Below, in pieces: positions 1-8,766 of a DNA stretch of 64,000 nt. Every line of letters starts with the position of its first letter. Position 1 is the first letter of the stretch. This DNA is from a plasmid, in the sequence record NZ_OX291475.1; one strand, written 5' to 3'. Made by a program: the position numbers and the translations under genes. The notes under the pieces were generated by a model. That model did not search any database. It was not told the origin of the DNA and was given only the letters and a program-made list of their open reading frames with translations.

Positions 1-29
1 CAAAACACAGACGTGCGCAAAGCGGAGAA

Positions 30-180
30 TGCAGGGGCCGTACCGCAGGCCGCAGCGCAAATGACTGACCGCAGGGAGGGAGTGCGAACGGGAGAGGATA
101 CGGGCAACGCGAACCCTTGCAGGCGTAGCGGCACGGCTACGTTCGGGCTACGGCGTAAGCCCAGGCGACGCCATACCCTT
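30..180. repeat. GC-rich noncoding repeat copy A (core GGAGTGCGAACGGGAGAGGATACGGGCAACGCGAACCCTTG at ~78-118)
   Basis: Near-identical ~40-bp core plus flanking similarity shared with 3650-3830 and 4850-4975. No credible ORF. Confidence 0.6.
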
Positions 181-383
181 TTGATCCCCGCCTGCAGGGC
201 GGAAAAAGGGGAGAAAGCACGAAGGTTAATATCAGGGGATCGGTCGCGGCCGGTTCGAGGCCGGCAGTGACCGTTTGGGAGGAAAAAGGAAAATGACAAT
301 GCAGACGGGAGTGCGATGTTTCGGGGCCCCGGCTCTGCCGGGGATCCTTTTCGTGGCCAGCCCTGGCCACCATAAACCCTGTG

Positions 384-941
384 CTAGTTCACGTCGATAT
401 TGACCAGTTGTTCCAGCACCTGCAGCAGCCTGGCACACGGATAACTTGACCAGACCGGCAACAACGTGGCCAGCGTAACAGCCTGGGCGGCCAGCATCAG
501 CCGACGTGGCAAAAGCCCCTGCTCATAGTGCTTGACGGTCCGCAGCGAAACCCCCAGATAATCCGCGGTCTGTTTTTGCGTCCAACCCAGCGAGCCCCGC
601 CAGGCCTTCATACCTGCAGAAGGCATAACAAGCGATATCACGCCCCTGGACTGGGGTGTTGTCTGGTCATGGCGCGTTAGTGCCTGCAGTTGCAAAACAA
701 TTTGCGGTTGGTCCATCCGGAGCAAATCGGGGAGCAGGCGGATCAACATCAGTGTCTGGATCCCCAGACGAGCCGATCGGGACACGCCGCTATTTTCATA
801 GGTTCGGTAAGTCCGTTCTGACACCCCCAGAGCCTGGGCAGCATCCTCTTGCCGCCAATGGCTACCAGGACGTAGCGAACGCGCCTCAGACAGCGTAAAG
901 TATTGACCGGCACGCCATAATCTCAATTCAAAAACATCCAT
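384..941 (-). CDS. Tandem XRE-type helix-turn-helix domain protein
   Basis: Two HTH_XRE-like segments (QEDAAQALGVSERTYRTYE and QKQTADYLGVSLRTVKHYE). 185-aa ORF. Confidence 0.5.
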   Translation of the reverse strand: MDVFELRLWRAGQYFTLSEARSLRPGSHWRQEDAAQALGVSERTYRTYENSGVSRSARLGIQTLMLIRLLPDLLRMDQPQIVLQLQALTRHDQTTPQSRGVISLVMPSAGMKAWRGSLGWTQKQTADYLGVSLRTVKHYEQGLLPRRLMLAAQAVTLATLLPVWSSYPCARLLQVLEQLVNIDVN

Positions 942-1024
942 GCATTGCCATCCCTTCTAAAAAACAGGCAATTTATGCACCCTGAAACGCAATAACAAAC
1001 ACAGTAACCGGCAATAATTGCCCC

Positions 1025-1429
1025 TTAGAGCAATTTACCCAGTTTCTTACGCGCTTCACCAAGGGGAGCCAATTCGCTCGGCTGCTGAACAGGTTCGACC
1101 GGAACCACCGATCGACAATCATCACCGGACAACGCCGTAATCACGTCGCGGATCGCCGCCATTTCGGGTTTCCAGCCGGTTGTCTGGCCGACCAGGTTGA
1201 CCAGCTGCTCGCTGGTCAACTGCCCGTTATACATCGTGGCCAACAACACCGGTAACCGTGGATCGAGCTGATGTAATGCCGCCGTTGTGATGATGGCATT
1301 ACGCAGGAAATCCCCGCGTACTCGCTGCGAAATAGATTCAACCACATCCAGGGCATGGCGGTCAGCTTCGCAGTCCAGCTGCAAATAGCTGGTAAATTTA
1401 CGGCGGGTCTCACTGCTGTTATCGCTCAC
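1025..1429 (-). CDS. parR: ParR/StbB-like plasmid partition adaptor
   Basis: 134-aa ORF immediately downstream of parM in a parC-parM-parR arrangement. 2-bp gap to the parM stop. Confidence 0.55.
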   Translation of the reverse strand: MSDNSSETRRKFTSYLQLDCEADRHALDVVESISQRVRGDFLRNAIITTAALHQLDPRLPVLLATMYNGQLTSEQLVNLVGQTTGWKPEMAAIRDVITALSGDDCRSVVPVEPVQQPSELAPLGEARKKLGKLL

Positions 1430-1431
1430 GG

Positions 1432-2406
1432 TTATCCCTCTTGTTTATACAATGCCATTTCACTCGCCAGCGCCATTTGTGGGCTTTCGACCAACGTTAT
1501 ACGCTCTGCCGGCAGTTTCCAGGCTTTTCTTACCGCAGATTCTATCAGCGGAGCGCCCCCACCGACCAGCCAAACCCGGTTAACGTGGCGGAATCGCGCC
1601 AGTTCGTTCACCACACGATCGCCAAGTCGGGTGATGCCGTGCTCTATCGCTGCGATAACGTCATCAACCCGGGACGCATCATTAACCAGCTGCGACAAAA
1701 AGGCGCGATCATGGCGGCGCTGGATCACCGTATCAGCAACATAGGCGCTCGTATCGCTGTCCGCCATACGCAGCGCCGTCAACGTGGCCTGCGTCACCAT
1801 CGAAACACCAATCGTTGGATTGCCGTGGATTGCCGTCACATCGTCGAACTGCCCGACAATGACTCCGGCATCGAGCGTCGTGCCGCCCAAATCGATAACC
1901 AGGGACGTTTCCAGCGGCCCGACATTCTCCCGCACCAGGGGAGAAAACACTGCAGGCAGGGATTCAGGCATCACTTCAACAGCCTCCACGGTAAAGGCCT
2001 CCCCCTTGTTCAACGTCACAGGTCGAAGCAGGTTGTCGATTTTTCGCTGAATATTAACCGTGTTTTTCTGACAGTCTTCGGTATAAAACTCACTGATCGG
2101 CAATGTGACGGTCAGCTTAACCGCTTGCGGCTCCACACCACTGTTTAGCAAGGCATGATGCACAGCCAGGAGGTTGGTATCACCGTACTGATACTCAATG
2201 TTGGTCGTGCTGATCGCCTGTTGGCTGACATCGTCAAAGGTGTACTTCACGCCATCAACGAGATAGTTGAACGTGCGACGGCTGCCGATACCATCGATTT
2301 TCCATCCCTGACGGAAAGAATTGGGTGACAAGGTCGTGCGTAAATCCCCCTCCACATACCAGGCCAGTTTCACATTGGTAGAACCATCATCACAGCAAAT
2401 ATGCAT
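1432..2406 (-). CDS. parM: ParM/StbA actin-like plasmid segregation ATPase
   Basis: 324 aa. N-terminal DDGSTNVKL and an internal IDLGGTTLD motif typical of the ParM/StbA actin fold. Overall collinear similarity to StbA of R100. Confidence 0.85.
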   Translation of the reverse strand: MHICCDDGSTNVKLAWYVEGDLRTTLSPNSFRQGWKIDGIGSRRTFNYLVDGVKYTFDDVSQQAISTTNIEYQYGDTNLLAVHHALLNSGVEPQAVKLTVTLPISEFYTEDCQKNTVNIQRKIDNLLRPVTLNKGEAFTVEAVEVMPESLPAVFSPLVRENVGPLETSLVIDLGGTTLDAGVIVGQFDDVTAIHGNPTIGVSMVTQATLTALRMADSDTSAYVADTVIQRRHDRAFLSQLVNDASRVDDVIAAIEHGITRLGDRVVNELARFRHVNRVWLVGGGAPLIESAVRKAWKLPAERITLVESPQMALASEMALYKQEG

Positions 2407-2419
2407 TTCACACCCCTTT

Positions 2420-2612
2420 AGTTACTCAATTTGAGTATCATTATAAGAAAAACATAACCCACATCAAGATAAAGTTACTCATATTGAGTAAATAAAAGAA
2501 CTCAATATGAGTTTTTATGTATTCACCCGCATCGTTACGCATCAAACTGAGTTACTTTATGATTGAAGAGCCCCCTACTGGCTCCATTGATACTCAGCAT
2601 GAGTATCAATGG
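2420..2612. promoter_or_regulatory. parC: parC-like centromere/promoter repeats
   Basis: Five copies of a palindromic ACTCA(A/T)NTNGAGT(A/T) unit (2422, 2475, 2499, ~2549, ~2589) directly upstream of parM. Confidence 0.7.
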
Positions 2613-2661
2613 AGCTTTGTCGCGCCGCGGTACTTTCATGAACGCGAACCAGGCGACACTT

Positions 2662-3033
2662 TTAACCCACCGACGTCATACAGAACTCGGTTTGTGTAAT
2701 GAGAAATTCGAGATGACCTTGTTTCTCGAGCAGGTGGTCAAAGGTCGGATCGTCCGACGGGAGGCGCTCCATAAAGTCGTCCCCACCACATAACCGGCAG
2801 GCGTCCTCAAACACGTCACCACTGTCACGGATCGTCGGATCCAACCCTTCCGCATAGGCCAGTAACCGCTTTCCTTTGGTACGCGCTGCCGCCATCAAAT
2901 ACACCCCTTCATCTTTGACCAGCAGCACATCACACCCCTGTTGGCGTGCATGTGTGATCACCTCAAATGTCTTTTTACCTTTGAAACAAATCTTGTTATT
3001 CATAGTGATATCCAATTTTTTAGCAGACGACAT
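2662..3033 (-). CDS. Hypothetical protein (leading-region-like)
   Basis: 123-aa ORF with coding-like composition. Alternative start MNNKICF at 3003. Confidence 0.4.
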   Translation of the reverse strand: MSSAKKLDITMNNKICFKGKKTFEVITHARQQGCDVLLVKDEGVYLMAAARTKGKRLLAYAEGLDPTIRDSGDVFEDACRLCGGDDFMERLPSDDPTFDHLLEKQGHLEFLITQTEFCMTSVG

Positions 3034-3048
3034 TCATCGCCCTGATGA

Positions 3049-3543
3049 TTATTTGTAGACTTCGGCGATGACGGTCGTCAGTGCATTCGGGTTCGACAAC
3101 GGCTCCAGACGGGCACTCAGCAGGACCAGTTCTGTCGCCAGTAATCGGGCCGAAACGCTGAAATGTTGATCATGCTGCTTGCGACTATTGATGTAGGTCA
3201 GAAGTGCGAATGCAGCATCCGGGTGACTTGCCTCCATCGCGGTAAACCCGGTGGTTTCCGCGTCAAAGTGCCCCATCGCTGTCAGTAATACTGCCTGTCG
3301 CCATAACGGAAAATCGTCATAGACACCGGCGGTGTGCAGGTGTTGCCCAAGGTGGTAGAGATCGGCCATCAAATCGGTGAAAACCGTGGTGACATCGCGA
3401 TCATCGCCCGGGCATCGTTCCAGAAACGCCAATACGGCTTCCGCCGCCCCGGAGACGCGGACCAAAGCGGCCTCATCCTGCAGCGCACTGTTCGTCTGGT
3501 TGCTGGCCAGTTCAGCCAGAACCTCTTTCAATGATTTCGTCAT
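3049..3543 (-). CDS. Hypothetical protein
   Basis: ORF 3049..3696 trimmed to the Met at 3543 (MTKSLKEV), because the upstream part lies in the GC-rich repeat. Confidence 0.45.
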   Translation of the reverse strand: MTKSLKEVLAELASNQTNSALQDEAALVRVSGAAEAVLAFLERCPGDDRDVTTVFTDLMADLYHLGQHLHTAGVYDDFPLWRQAVLLTAMGHFDAETTGFTAMEASHPDAAFALLTYINSRKQHDQHFSVSARLLATELVLLSARLEPLSNPNALTTVIAEVYK

Positions 3544-3649
3544 AAACCCTCCCGTTTCGACTTCTTTCTGGTGTATACCCCTTTTGGCTTTTTGCCGGCG
3601 CGGGGTGACTGGCGCCGTGACAACTTGACCGGGACGGGGTATCAGCTGA

Positions 3650-3830
3650 CGATGCAAGGGCGGGACCGCAAGCCGCACGCGCAAGCGAACGACCAACGGG
3701 AGAGAGTGCGAACGGGTGAGGATGCCGGCGAAGCGAACCCTTGTAACGGCAGCGCCCCGGCCCAGGGTCAGTCACGGGGACGGACGCCTTGCGCGTAGCC
3801 AGGGCTAAGGGGATACACCAGAAAGGGCCA
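3650..3830. repeat. GC-rich noncoding repeat copy B (core 3704-3743)
   Basis: GAGTGCGAACGGGTGAGGATGCCGGCGAAGCGAACCCTTG core shared with copies A and C. Confidence 0.6.
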
Positions 3831-3959
3831 GGCTTTTGCCTGGCGGCATCAGCGAACGACCGCACAAGCGGTCGGGCAGTGAAAGCGGCGCCGGCGATTA
3901 GCCGGCTGCAAGCGTTGGGTGCATTGGTTCCTGCCGGCTCAACGCCGGTTGGAACCAAC

Positions 3960-4003
3960 AGGGCAGCAAAAACAGACAGAAAAGGGGCCATGCCCCCTTC
4001 CCC
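3960..4003 (-). terminator. Rho-independent terminator downstream of the methyltransferase gene
   Basis: GGGGCCATGCCCC hairpin followed on the minus strand by a T-rich run (TTTTCTGTCTGTTTTT). Confidence 0.55.
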
Positions 4004-4774
4004 TTAAACAGCGTGGAATAACGTCTTGAATTTCGTGACCATATCAACCATACGAAGTCTTTCGCTCCAGTCGTTGGCGTAATAAATCGGGGTATGCCTG
4101 ACCCGGGACATTTTCATCGTCAATGTATTTCCGGTATAGACCGAGGCCGGTAATCCCAATAGCGCAAGCTGGATAAAACACATATCCGCAGCCAAGGGAT
4201 CGATATCTGTACAACGGATGTAGAGCACTTGTTGCGGGTTATACCCTTTAGAGAGCAGGTGTTCAGCAACGGCGATCACCATGCCGCCCGAACCACTGGC
4301 AGGTTCATCCAACGTGATAAACGGGCGATGCTCCAGCTCTTTAACATGGTCGCCAAGTGTCAGGGCGGCAATGAGTCGTGATACTTCACATGGCGTGAAA
4401 AATTGCCCCATCGATGACGAGCCAAATTCAAGCTCCATAAATATCCCGCCCAACAGGTCATCCATTCCCCCTTCCATCGCGCCGATTAAGAAACAAAAAA
4501 GTTGCTGCATCCTCTGCAGATCAACAGCCTCGTATCGCTTACAAATCTGAACAGCTTCTTCCCTGCCCTCCTCTGACCGTACTCGCGCCAAATCGAGTTC
4601 GTTAGCCGCCAGGCGAATGAAGTCGCGGAAAACATCGAGACGACGGTGATAGGTCGCGATAACAGAGAACGTTTTGATGAATTGCTTCCTGGCTTCGCGT
4701 GGCGTCATATGCGGCGCACATTGAGCCGGGGTTTCAGGGGCTAACAGTGCATCGAAGGAAAGTTGGTTGCTCAT
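4004..4774 (-). CDS. N6-adenine DNA methyltransferase (orphan, no cognate endonuclease seen)
   Basis: Motif LDEPASGSGGM (AdoMet-binding motif I of N6_Mtase / amino-methyltransferase families). 256 aa. Confidence 0.65.
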   Translation of the reverse strand: MSNQLSFDALLAPETPAQCAPHMTPREARKQFIKTFSVIATYHRRLDVFRDFIRLAANELDLARVRSEEGREEAVQICKRYEAVDLQRMQQLFCFLIGAMEGGMDDLLGGIFMELEFGSSSMGQFFTPCEVSRLIAALTLGDHVKELEHRPFITLDEPASGSGGMVIAVAEHLLSKGYNPQQVLYIRCTDIDPLAADMCFIQLALLGLPASVYTGNTLTMKMSRVRHTPIYYANDWSERLRMVDMVTKFKTLFHAV

Positions 4775-4849
4775 GGTGTGTCTCCCTTGGGAGGCAAGAA
4801 CTCATTTTCTCGCCATGGCGCAAAAAAAAGACTCGCCAGTCAGGGATGT

Positions 4850-4975
4850 GGCAGGTACGACGGCCGAAGCCGCATGCGCAAACGAGTGGAACAACGTGAA
4901 AGGAGTGCGAACGGGTGACGCCGACGGCGCCAGCGAATACTTGCCACAGACCAGCGCGAGGCTAGGTTAAGCGCG
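4850..4975. repeat. GC-rich noncoding repeat copy C (core 4903-4943)
   Basis: GAGTGCGAACGGGTGACGCCGACGGCGCCAGCGAATACTTG core. Lies upstream of the minus-strand methyltransferase gene. Confidence 0.55.
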
Positions 4976-5007
4976 GCGAAACATGAGATCTCGCGCACCA
5001 TCAGACA

Positions 5008-5127
5008 ACAATCAAAGTAATATCATTTTAATATCATTACAGTCTCATAAAACAGGCTTGACACACAAACCCAAAAGACTATTATTTAAACCTCATTTCA
5101 CTATCAAAGTAATATTAAAAAAAGGTA
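5008..5127. promoter_or_regulatory. Partition-site/operator repeats upstream of parA (ATCAAAGTAATAT / ATCATTTTAATAT units)
   Basis: Repeated AT-rich motif. Copies also at 5799-5822, 6115-6138 and 6699-6735. Confidence 0.55.
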
Positions 5128-5135
5128 GAAACGAT

Positions 5136-5780
5136 ATGATTATAACAGTAGGTAACACCAAGGGCGGGGTAGGCAAAACCACTTTGGCAGTAAACATCGC
5201 TGCAGCACGAGCACAACAGGGTCGAGATGTATTATTGATAGATGGGGATCGACAAGGCACGGCTCAAATCGCTGTTGGTATAAGGGCAAATGATGATTCT
5301 CTGCCAGGCATCGCCTGTGTGTCTTATCCCGAAGGACCGATCCTTCGTACTCAAGTGCTCCAGCAAAAGATGAAATATGATGACATCATCATTGACGCAG
5401 GCGGCAGAGACTCCACAGCGTTACGTGCTGCTTTAGTGCTATCCGATGCACTGTTGGTTCCATACCGCCCTGGAAGCTTCGATGTTTGGGCTCTTGAAGA
5501 CATATCTGCACTTATCAAGGAAGCGCGGAGTGTGAGAGATGGGTTGAACGTTTTCGCTATTATCAACGCTGCTGACTCCAATCCACACTCGATTGATAAT
5601 CGAGAGGCTGCAGAAGTGATTGCAGACTTCCCAGAACTGACACTAATCCCCAAACATATTGTGGCGCGTAAAGCGTGGTCGAATGGGGCAGCATCAGGGA
5701 AATGTACGCTTGAAATGAAACCAAGAGATCCCAAAGCTGACGCTGATCTGGAAAGATTAATTTCAATCTTATTTTCATAG
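5136..5780 (+). CDS. parA: ParA-family (type Ib, small) partition ATPase
   Basis: Deviant Walker A KGGVGKTT at the N-terminus ([16 protein letters not shown]). ~214 aa after trimming ORF 4983..5780 to the ATG at 5136. Confidence 0.85.
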   Translation: MIITVGNTKGGVGKTTLAVNIAAARAQQGRDVLLIDGDRQGTAQIAVGIRANDDSLPGIACVSYPEGPILRTQVLQQKMKYDDIIIDAGGRDSTALRAALVLSDALLVPYRPGSFDVWALEDISALIKEARSVRDGLNVFAIINAADSNPHSIDNREAAEVIADFPELTLIPKHIVARKAWSNGAASGKCTLEMKPRDPKADADLERLISILFS

Positions 5781-5794
5781 TCATTTAACACTAT

Positions 5795-5822
5795 TTGAAT
5801 ATCAAAGTAATATTAATAAACG
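5795..5822. repeat. Partition-site repeat copy between parA and parG
   Basis: ATATCAAAGTAATATTAATAAAC. Confidence 0.5.
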
Positions 5823-5838
5823 ATTAAAGAGGTAATAA

Positions 5839-6111
5839 ATGGCTATTGTAAGACCCACGAAAAAACACACTACCCCTGCTGAAGACAGCGCAGCAGAAGC
5901 CTTTATAAATTCGGCTCCAGATGGCGCGGCAACGCGAAGAAAGGGCGTAGTAAAGGGCAAACGCCAACAGATCACGTTAACGATAGATCCTGAGATTTTG
6001 GACCGGCTCGATGTAAAAGCCGCTGAAGATGGCGTGTCTCGGGCTGCGCTCATCAACATCGCAATTCGCCAGCTATTGAACCGAGGAGCCACAGTTGGAG
6101 GCGGGAGTTAA
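5839..6111 (+). CDS. parG: ParG-like ribbon-helix-helix centromere-binding protein
   Basis: 90 aa. C-terminal RHH signature (ITLTIDPEILDRLDVKAAEDGVSRAALINIAIRQLL). Immediately downstream of parA. Confidence 0.75.
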   Translation: MAIVRPTKKHTTPAEDSAAEAFINSAPDGAATRRKGVVKGKRQQITLTIDPEILDRLDVKAAEDGVSRAALINIAIRQLLNRGATVGGGS

Positions 6112-6140
6112 TTAACTATCATTTTAATATTAAAACACTA
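6112..6140. repeat. Partition-site repeat copy downstream of parG
   Basis: ACTATCATTTTAATATTAAAACAC. Confidence 0.5.
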
Positions 6141-6194
6141 TGAAAACAGGGTTGTTTGAATTGCATTTTGGATGGTAATTGAGAGGAATAACCA

Positions 6195-6623
6195 ATGATA
6201 CAAGAAGTTATGGAAAAAATCATTGCCCTGGCCGATTACCAAAATATGATTAGCCCTGGGAGCCACCCAGCAAAGGGGCAATTCGTTGTCACCGGCACAA
6301 CCCGCGGCGATAACGCAATACGTTTGGGTTATTGCATTCAGGTTCGAAAAGGCCGCGGTCAATTCGGCTCTGACATGGTTTTTCTGCGCCATCCGGACGG
6401 GACAATAAACACACATGAGAATCAGTTCTATCTCAGCATGACAGACGTACAAATTCAGCTTGCTCGTTCGGTCTTCAGCATCATGCCAGAAGACGAAGAT
6501 GACTCACGGGGCTATTGCTGCTGCGGAAAAATCCGCGAATTCGGGTTCGTTGTCGAAAACTCAGGGACAGTTCCAACACCAGACCACCCGTTTATGATAA
6601 CGGTCTCTAGTGAAAAAGCTTAA
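6195..6623 (+). CDS. Hypothetical protein embedded between par-site repeat clusters
   Basis: 142-aa ORF with an RBS-like GAGAGGAATAACCA upstream. No recognisable motif. Confidence 0.45.
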   Translation: MIQEVMEKIIALADYQNMISPGSHPAKGQFVVTGTTRGDNAIRLGYCIQVRKGRGQFGSDMVFLRHPDGTINTHENQFYLSMTDVQIQLARSVFSIMPEDEDDSRGYCCCGKIREFGFVVENSGTVPTPDHPFMITVSSEKA

Positions 6624-6694
6624 CAGAATAGTTGAGCATATCAATACACTCATCGCCAATCAAAACAGGATTACTACAACATTAATAAGATACA

Positions 6695-6737
6695 TTTTTG
6701 ATATCATTTTAATATTAAAGTGATATCAAAAACACAA
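6695..6737. repeat. Partition-site repeat cluster (two ATCATTTTAATATTAAAG / TGATATCAAAAACAC units)
   Basis: Same AT-rich motif as at 5008-5127. Confidence 0.5.
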
Positions 6738-6738
6738 T

Positions 6739-6987
6739 TCAGCTTTGAACGTGAAGCAATAAAACTTTCTCCGCAAATCCCTCGTCCAGTACATAGAAAT
6801 AACATTCCGGCACGTTGAGTACACGTGCCAGCGCGCACATCGTCGTAAAGGAAGGGGTGTAGGTACCACTCTCGTACTGGGAGATCCGCGAACGGGCGGT
6901 GGCTTCATCAATACCCGCCAGGACACCCAGTTTTTCCTGCGTATAACCAGCCCGGAGGCGGGCGCTTTTCAGTCGTTGGGGAACCAT
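6739..6987 (-). CDS. XRE-family HTH transcriptional regulator
   Basis: N-terminal LKSARLRAGYTQEKLGVLAGIDEATARSRISQYESG is a classic HTH_3 signature. 82 aa. Confidence 0.8.
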   Translation of the reverse strand: MVPQRLKSARLRAGYTQEKLGVLAGIDEATARSRISQYESGTYTPSFTTMCALARVLNVPECYFYVLDEGFAEKVLLLHVQS

Positions 6988-7099
6988 GGTCTGCCGTCAT
7001 AGAAAGGATTGACGACATGTTTAGCATCACTTAACATCAGACTTGTTTAGAGTTACTAAACATCAGAGACACCAACCATGCAGTACGCCAGGAAACACC

Positions 7100-7140
7100 A
7101 GGGAAACAAAAGGCCGGTCACTTGACCGGCCTGCCTTTTA
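7100..7140. terminator. Bidirectional hairpin terminator
   Basis: GGCCGGTCACTTGACCGGCC stem with T-runs on both sides. Confidence 0.55.
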
Positions 7141-7476
7141 TTGGCATTCCACACACCAGTCATTCTCTGAGGATCTTTCAGTATCTCTACCGCGTCCACT
7201 CCAGGCATCGAGAACTGGTCGGGGATATAGTGGAGCAGGACGATCTCTTCCACGAACAGCAGTCCGGGTGACCCCATTTTCGAGTGCAATCCGGCGCAGC
7301 GCCAAGGCTACTGGGTAATCGATATTCACCAGAATCGACGACGGCGCGTTATAGTAGGCCACCGCATGCAGGAACTTGCCAGGAATGATAGGAAAGATCA
7401 CTGATGCTCCTTGAGAAGTACCACGCGAAACTGGTGCCGTAACGCCCCACGGTACGACACCAGTTTTACGCAGCAC
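7138..7476 (-). pseudogene. Truncated tyrosine-recombinase fragment (N-terminal part only)
   Basis: Segment VNIDYPVALALRRIALENG parallels the N-terminus (VSIDYPAALALRQMALVQDE) of the intact recombinase at 9532-10308. The remaining ~200 aa of the fold are absent. Confidence 0.5.
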
Positions 7477-7777
7477 AAACTTTTATGAATTGTACCAATC
7501 CCACAGGAAGATTGCCCCAACGGCCGCATACGTCAGCGCTAACCTCCGACGTGCATGGGTTTGGAAAAATCAGTCGGAAGTGAAAAGTGTCGTAAAAATG
7601 AATAAAAACCACTGTTCATGAACTAATTTTCATTTTCAAAATACCATTTTTTAACAACTCAATATATTGAATAATAATGATATTTTATGTAAATTTTATC
7701 ATTTATAAAGTCACCTGTATCTAGATAAGACGGTTTTTGCTAAGTACAATTCAAAAACGTTATCGAACAGGAGGATT

Positions 7778-7919
7778 TATGAACACTCTCTACTTAGTAA
7801 TTTATCTTTTCATCGAACTTTCAAAAGTTGCGGACAAGCTTATTCCTCTATTTACCAGCGCATCTTTGTTAGTTGCGTTAGTGACTGTGCTGACCCTTTT
7901 GTTCAAAGGAAAAGCGTAA
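7778..7919 (+). CDS. Small hydrophobic membrane peptide (46 aa)
   Basis: Strong RBS AGGAGG 6 nt upstream of the ATG at 7778. Sequence MNTLYLVIYLFIEL...LLVALVTVLTLLF. Stop overlaps the next start (TAATGG). Confidence 0.5.
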
Positions 7920-8620
7920 TGGCGAAAAAACTCTGGATAAAAATGCCCACAAACTGGATTCATAAGGATGGCTTGCGAGAATTTAGTTGGTCAGTCCGTT
8001 CTGTAAAAGTGAGCAATGCACATAAAATCGCGGCGCTGCAATTGTATGTAGCGATAGCTATGACATGTGAGGATATGGAGATAACTAACCAAGAGGGGAC
8101 GTCGCTAACCTGTTTCGCGTCATCACTAACTTACAACAGGCTGCAAGTTATGACAGGACTGAGTAGAGCGTCAGTTGCTGGCGGTCTGTCACTTCTTGAA
8201 AACAACGAAATCATTAAGGTTTTCAGAGAGGGGAGGAAAAATTACTACAGCCCGGCTGACTATAACGGCGTCAGTGGGTGGTGTAAGGTTCCGTATCGCA
8301 GACTACTGAATGACCAGGGTAATGTGACAGCTTTTCACGCATTTAAGTTACGAAGGAAAGCCGAACTGCATGCCCTGAAACTGTATCTGTACCTATGCTA
8401 TGCACGTCCTAACACGTCTCACTTTACGATGGCCTCCTATGAAGCCATCAATAAGGCGACAGGTATTCCTGAAAAATGTATCCCATCGGCATATACCGTT
8501 CTGGTTGGTACGGGACTACTTTCACACATAGATAAAAGTGCCGAGGAAGGTGCCACAAACAAAAGAATGGCAAACTCCTACTACATTACCGGCTATAGGG
8601 ATCTGCTCCAAAATTTTTAA
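7919..8620 (+). CDS. Hypothetical protein with two winged-helix-like repeats
   Basis: 233-aa ORF translationally coupled to the upstream peptide. Internal duplication (KIAALQLYVAIAMTC.. / KLYLYLCYARPNTS..). Preceded by a very AT-rich region. Confidence 0.5.
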   Translation: MAKKLWIKMPTNWIHKDGLREFSWSVRSVKVSNAHKIAALQLYVAIAMTCEDMEITNQEGTSLTCFASSLTYNRLQVMTGLSRASVAGGLSLLENNEIIKVFREGRKNYYSPADYNGVSGWCKVPYRRLLNDQGNVTAFHAFKLRRKAELHALKLYLYLCYARPNTSHFTMASYEAINKATGIPEKCIPSAYTVLVGTGLLSHIDKSAEEGATNKRMANSYYITGYRDLLQNF

Positions 8621-8766
8621 CGTGTGCAATAGAAAGGCCCAGCGTAACTCACTAAGCATCATGATGAGATTACTGTCATGCCGAATACCGTTGGCTAACA
8701 TCAAGTTTAAAAACCCAAAGTTAGGCACGGTTTTGACAGAAAAACACAGAGCAGATACATAGAGGA

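Noticed and set aside
13-373. ORFs 13..270 (+) and 137..373 (-) at the window start
   Set aside because: They fall inside the GC-rich noncoding repeat (copy A). A near-identical repeat elsewhere is noncoding.
1441-2148. 235-aa ORF antisense to parM
   Set aside because: It lies entirely within parM on the other strand and is Arg-rich, a typical antisense artefact.
3512-3991. 159-aa minus-strand ORF and 3571..3798 / 3789..4007 plus ORFs
   Set aside because: They lie in repeat copy B and across the terminator hairpin. Composition is non-protein-like.
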